From an uncultured Chloroflexia bacterium (GTDB lineage: Bacteria; Chloroflexota; Anaerolineae; B4-G1; SLSP01): a stretch of DNA of 64,000 bases. The notes beneath the pieces are model-generated. The model was not told where the DNA came from, made no database searches, and saw nothing but the letters and a program-made list of their open reading frames with translations. Positions 59,097 to 64,000 of the stretch are shown in pieces. The stretch covers positions 96,001 to 160,000 of the forward strand of contig CAVVUS010000037.1 of the NCBI GenBank assembly GCA_963751345.1, written 5' to 3'. The position numbers and the translations under genes are program-made. Position 1 is the first letter of the stretch. Every line of letters starts with the position of its first letter.

Positions 59097-59648
59097 ATGC
59101 GCGTCAAGACCCAGATCATCATCGGGGCAATTGTCGTGGTGTGGGGGCTGTTGCTGCTCGTCGGCAATCTGGTGGGGATCGATGTCTGGGCTTATGTCTG
59201 GCCCCTCGTCCTTATCGCGATCGGCGTATGGCTGCTGACCCGACGCGGACGGCCGGGCGGACGCGCCTTTGCCCGGTTCATTCTGCTGGGCGATGTCCAT
59301 CGTCGAGGAGCATGGAACGTGAAAGACGAAGACATCTTCTGCCTGATTGGTGACATCCATATGGACCTGACCCAGGCCCTTATTCCCCCGGGCGAGACCA
59401 CGGTCCGGATGCAGGGGTTTGTCAACAGCATCACCTTAAGGGTTCCCCGCGACGTAGGCGTTGCAGTCTCTTCCACTGCATTTCTCACAACCGCCCGAGC
59501 CTTCGGACACAAGCAGGACTTCATGATTACGCCCTATGAGGTCCAGAGCGACAACTATCCGGATGCCGATCGCAAGATACGATTCGAGCTCCTCTACTTC
59601 GTCGCCGATCTGAAGGTTCGGCAGCCTGAATCCACAGTCGAAGGCTAG
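59097..59648 (+). CDS. LiaF-like (DUF2154) cell-envelope stress protein
   Basis: Two TMs with WPLVLIAIG, GDIHMDLTQA, ITLRVP; RBS AGGAGG. Confidence 0.78.
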   Translation: MRVKTQIIIGAIVVVWGLLLLVGNLVGIDVWAYVWPLVLIAIGVWLLTRRGRPGGRAFARFILLGDVHRRGAWNVKDEDIFCLIGDIHMDLTQALIPPGETTVRMQGFVNSITLRVPRDVGVAVSSTAFLTTARAFGHKQDFMITPYEVQSDNYPDADRKIRFELLYFVADLKVRQPESTVEG

Positions 59649-59706
59649 GCGCGCGGCCCCCTGAATCGGGGAGCTCTTCAGGGTGGCGCGAAGTCAGCGA
59701 AGCGAA

Positions 59707-60894
59707 ATGGCGCGTAAGATCATACACCTGGATCTCGACGCCTTCTTTTGCGCCGTCGAAGCCCTGCGAGATCCCTCACTGCTGGAAAAGCCGTTTGCGG
59801 TGGGGGGGCTCCCCGAGCATCGCGGGGTCATCGCTTCGTGTTCGTACGCTGCCCGCCGCTACGGCGTGCGTTCTGCGATGCCGACAGCGCGAGCACTACA
59901 GCTTTGTCCCGACCTGATTGTCCTCCCCGGACACCACAGCGACTATAGTGGCTACTCACGCCGCGTTATCGCTCATCTCCACAACCTAACAGATCTTATC
60001 GAGCAAATCTCGATCGACGAGGCCTTCATCGACGTGAGCGATCTGCGCGCCCCGGCCCGGCAGATCGCCGTCGAACTGCAGCAGACGATCTGGCGCGAAG
60101 TCAGACTCCCCTCTTCGCTTGGCGTCGCAACCAACAAACTGGTTGCCAAGATTGCCAATACCGTGGGCAAGAGCAAGTCTAGCAGCGGGGCTTCGCCAAT
60201 GGCAATCACCGTGGTGCCGCCCGGAGAGGAGGCGGCTTTCCTGGCGCACCTTCCGGTTACCGAGCTCTGGGGTGTGGGCCCGAAGACCGCTGCCGAACTC
60301 GAAGCGCTGGAGATCCGGTGGATCGGCGACCTGGCAAGCTGGCCTGAGGAGGATCTAACTCGTCGCTTTGGCAAGCACGGGCACGATCTGGCTCTTCGAG
60401 CCCGCGGGATCGATGACCGGCCGATCACCACGGAACACGAGGTGAAGTCAATCAGCCACGAGGTCACGTTCGCGCACGACGTGACCGATGCCGGGGAACT
60501 CAGGCGCACGCTCTCTCGGCTTTCGGAGAACGTCGGGCGCCGACTGCGAGCACAGTCGCTTGCCGGCGGCACGGTCAAGCTCAAACTCCGCTGGTCGGAC
60601 TTCACCACGTTGACCCGCCAAGTCACGCTGACGGAACCCACGGATCGAGATGATGATATCTACCGGTCGGCCCTACAACTGCTGGAAGGGCATTGGCCCA
60701 AGGGCAGAGCCGTGCGTCTGATTGGCGTGGGCGCGAGCGGCCTCGTGCAGCCGATGGAGCAGTTGCATCTCTGGGATACGTCCATCCAGAAAGGGCGGCG
60801 TCTACAGCGAGCGTTGGACGAGGTACGAGATCGCTTTGGGCGTGACGCCATCCAGCGGGCCATCGAGATCGACCCAGACGGTCCTACCGAATGA
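59707..60894 (+). CDS. dinB: DNA polymerase IV
   Basis: HLDLDAFFCAVE, SYAARRYGVRSAM, SIDEAF, NKLVAKIA, WGVG. Confidence 0.95.
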   Translation: MARKIIHLDLDAFFCAVEALRDPSLLEKPFAVGGLPEHRGVIASCSYAARRYGVRSAMPTARALQLCPDLIVLPGHHSDYSGYSRRVIAHLHNLTDLIEQISIDEAFIDVSDLRAPARQIAVELQQTIWREVRLPSSLGVATNKLVAKIANTVGKSKSSSGASPMAITVVPPGEEAAFLAHLPVTELWGVGPKTAAELEALEIRWIGDLASWPEEDLTRRFGKHGHDLALRARGIDDRPITTEHEVKSISHEVTFAHDVTDAGELRRTLSRLSENVGRRLRAQSLAGGTVKLKLRWSDFTTLTRQVTLTEPTDRDDDIYRSALQLLEGHWPKGRAVRLIGVGASGLVQPMEQLHLWDTSIQKGRRLQRALDEVRDRFGRDAIQRAIEIDPDGPTE

Positions 60895-60948
60895 GGCCGC
60901 CGAAACGATCTGGGAGGTCTAGCGCTCTGCCTATGGGTATTTGCCGTT

Positions 60949-61941
60949 TCAGCGCCCTGGCCGGTAGGCGACGTCAGAGAGAAGATGCAACAGCATCTGC
61001 GCGTCATTGCAGTCCATCAGGCGGGCCCGATCTCTCCGGGCGACGCCCGAAGATGGCAGATAAGCTCCTAGGTGTTTGCGAAACTGGCGGACGCCGCGGT
61101 GTTCGCCGTGGAACGCGATCATCATGCTCAAGTGCTCCTGGATCACGGGTAGACGCTCCGGCCACGGTATCTCATCGCGGTGCCGGCCTTCGAAGATCCA
61201 AGGGTTGCCAATCGCGCCGCGACCGATCATCACGCCATCGCAGCCTGTGACCTCCAGAATCCTGTCAATGTCCGCAGGTGTCTGCACGTCACCACTGGCG
61301 AGTACAGGCACCGCGACGGCCCGCTTCACCTCTGCGATTGCGCCCCAATCTGCCGAGCCCAGGTAGCCCTGAACGGCGGTTCTCCCGTGTACTGCGATCA
61401 GGGCTGCGCCGTTGTCGGCCAGGGCCCGTGCGACTTCCAGGTAGTTGCGCGACTCGGCATCCCATCCGAGCCGGATCTTGCCGCTGACGGGTACATCGAC
61501 GGCCTGGGTGAGATGGGCAAAAAGGCGGGCGATTCCCGCCGGATCTCGCAGGAGCGACGCTCCGGCGCCGGAACCCGCGACCTTGGGCTTGGCGCATCCG
61601 AGGTTGATGTCAATTGCAGTCATTCCCAGCGATTCGACTTTGCGTGCCGCCTCGACGATCACTGCGTCATCGCTGCCGAACAACTGGCACACGACCGGAA
61701 ATTCATCAGGGTGGAAGAGGAGCATCTCTGCCGTCGCGGAATTCCCGAATGGCCCCGGACCATACACGATAGCATTTGAAGAGAGCAGGCCCGTATACAC
61801 CAGGGCCGCTCCAAAGCGACGGCACAGACGGCGGAATGGCTGATCGTTGTAGCCCGACATAGGGGCCAGCACGACCGGTTCATCAATCGAGGTCGGACCC
61901 AAGTGAAAGGCAGAGCGCGCCCGCGTGCTATTGCATGCCAT
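60949..61941 (-). CDS. dusB: tRNA-dihydrouridine synthase
   Basis: LAPM, DINLGC, KIRLGW, VHGRT, GVMIGRGAIGNPW. Confidence 0.9.
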   Translation of the reverse strand: MACNSTRARSAFHLGPTSIDEPVVLAPMSGYNDQPFRRLCRRFGAALVYTGLLSSNAIVYGPGPFGNSATAEMLLFHPDEFPVVCQLFGSDDAVIVEAARKVESLGMTAIDINLGCAKPKVAGSGAGASLLRDPAGIARLFAHLTQAVDVPVSGKIRLGWDAESRNYLEVARALADNGAALIAVHGRTAVQGYLGSADWGAIAEVKRAVAVPVLASGDVQTPADIDRILEVTGCDGVMIGRGAIGNPWIFEGRHRDEIPWPERLPVIQEHLSMMIAFHGEHRGVRQFRKHLGAYLPSSGVARRDRARLMDCNDAQMLLHLLSDVAYRPGR

Positions 61942-62095
61942 CAGATGATACGCCTGAGAGTCTCCATAGTAGGTGGCATTCTACCACAACGGGAGCGCGA
62001 GCGGGTGCCGATGACAAGGGACGCTGCACTACCGAGATTCAGACCTAGCGCCAGGTGCAGAGCGCATGATGCGATCAGAACTCGTAGCATCGGAT

Positions 62096-62123
62096 TTGAC
62101 ACCCTCAGGATATCGGGTACAAT
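62096..62123 (+). promoter_or_regulatory. Lysine operon promoter
   Basis: TTGACA, 16 bp, TACAAT. Confidence 0.7.
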
Positions 62124-62144
62124 ATCCCTCATTCAGGAAACTTG

Positions 62145-62195
62145 ATGATGCGACACACGATGTACCTGCGAGGGACGAAGAAGCCGGACCGCTAG
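62145..62195 (+). CDS. Leader peptide 1 (MMRHTMYLRGTKKPDR)
   Basis: AGGA RBS, tandem AAG AAG codons, overlaps attenuator pairings. Confidence 0.7.
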   Translation: MMRHTMYLRGTKKPDR

Positions 62196-62225
62196 GTCCG
62201 GAGATTCGTGTTGAAGCAGGACACC

Positions 62226-62264
62226 ACCGGCCCTAGTGCAAGCGCACAGGGTCGGTTTTCTGTT
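62226..62264 (+). terminator. Attenuator terminator 1
   Basis: ACCGGCCCT-AGTGC-aagc-GCAC-AGGGTCGGT followed by TTTCTGTT. Confidence 0.75.
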
Positions 62265-62270
62265 ACTTAG

Positions 62271-63741
<1,471 letters not shown>

Positions 63742-63765
63742 ATTAGCTCTGGAAGGAGACATCCG

Positions 63766-64000
63766 ATGGCACAGACACTGAGTGAACAAATCCTGTCCCA
63801 CGCTGCCGGGCGGGATGTGAAGGCCGGCGAACTCGCAGTCGTCGAGGTCAGCCGGGCAATGACGATCGATTCGATCGCGCCGGAGCTCATCGACGTCCTG
63901 CAGGATCAGCTCAACGTCTCGCAGATCCCGCATCCCGAGCGCTGCGCGATCTTCATCGATCACGTAGCGCCCGCCTCCAACCTCGCCACGGCAGAGGGCC
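63766..64000 (+). CDS. Homoaconitase / isopropylmalate dehydratase-family large subunit, 5' part
   Basis: MAQTLSEQILSHAAG..GELAVVEV..DSIAP..IDHVAPA; RBS AAGGAG; follows homocitrate synthase. Confidence 0.85.
   Translation, partial: MAQTLSEQILSHAAGRDVKAGELAVVEVSRAMTIDSIAPELIDVLQDQLNVSQIPHPERCAIFIDHVAPASNLATAEG

Noticed and set aside
59650-59706. LexA box upstream of dinB
   Set aside because: No GAAC-N4-GTTC or CTGT-N8-ACAG match seen

Overview
High-GC bacterial chromosome segment, most likely Chloroflexota (Anaerolineae-like). This is inferred from gene content: Pro/Thr-rich lipoproteins, homocitrate-type lysine pathway, Reg_prop/HisKA_3 kinase, LysM-L,D-transpeptidase. Many genes are split by single-base indels, most likely long-read consensus errors. 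In order: a HerA-like ATPase (partial); a short glycyl-radical enzyme divergent from a GH38 alpha-mannosidase; a co-directional 18-kb sugar/pentose-phosphate cluster (PRC-barrel, HtrA, alpha-glucoside ABC, DoxX, tkt, rpiB, tal-pgi, lipoprotein, aquaporin, glucose dehydrogenase, GH15); LysM-LDT; a two-gene group-3-like [NiFe]-hydrogenase; a nucleoside kinase; a TPR/TolB protein; tRNA-Pro(TGG); a 13-kb two-component/ABC-exporter block; patatin; gyrA; an AlbA_2 protein; nudC; LCP; SseB; a NYN RNase; LiaF-like; dinB; dus; and the start of a lysine operon (homocitrate synthase, homoaconitase). The most striking signal is not in the ORF track: the lysine operon leader holds TWO complete, mutually similar leader-peptide attenuators in series (MMRHTMYLRGTKKPDR and [26 protein letters not shown]), each with protector, antiterminator and terminator pairings. 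No CRISPR array, integrase or transposase was found.
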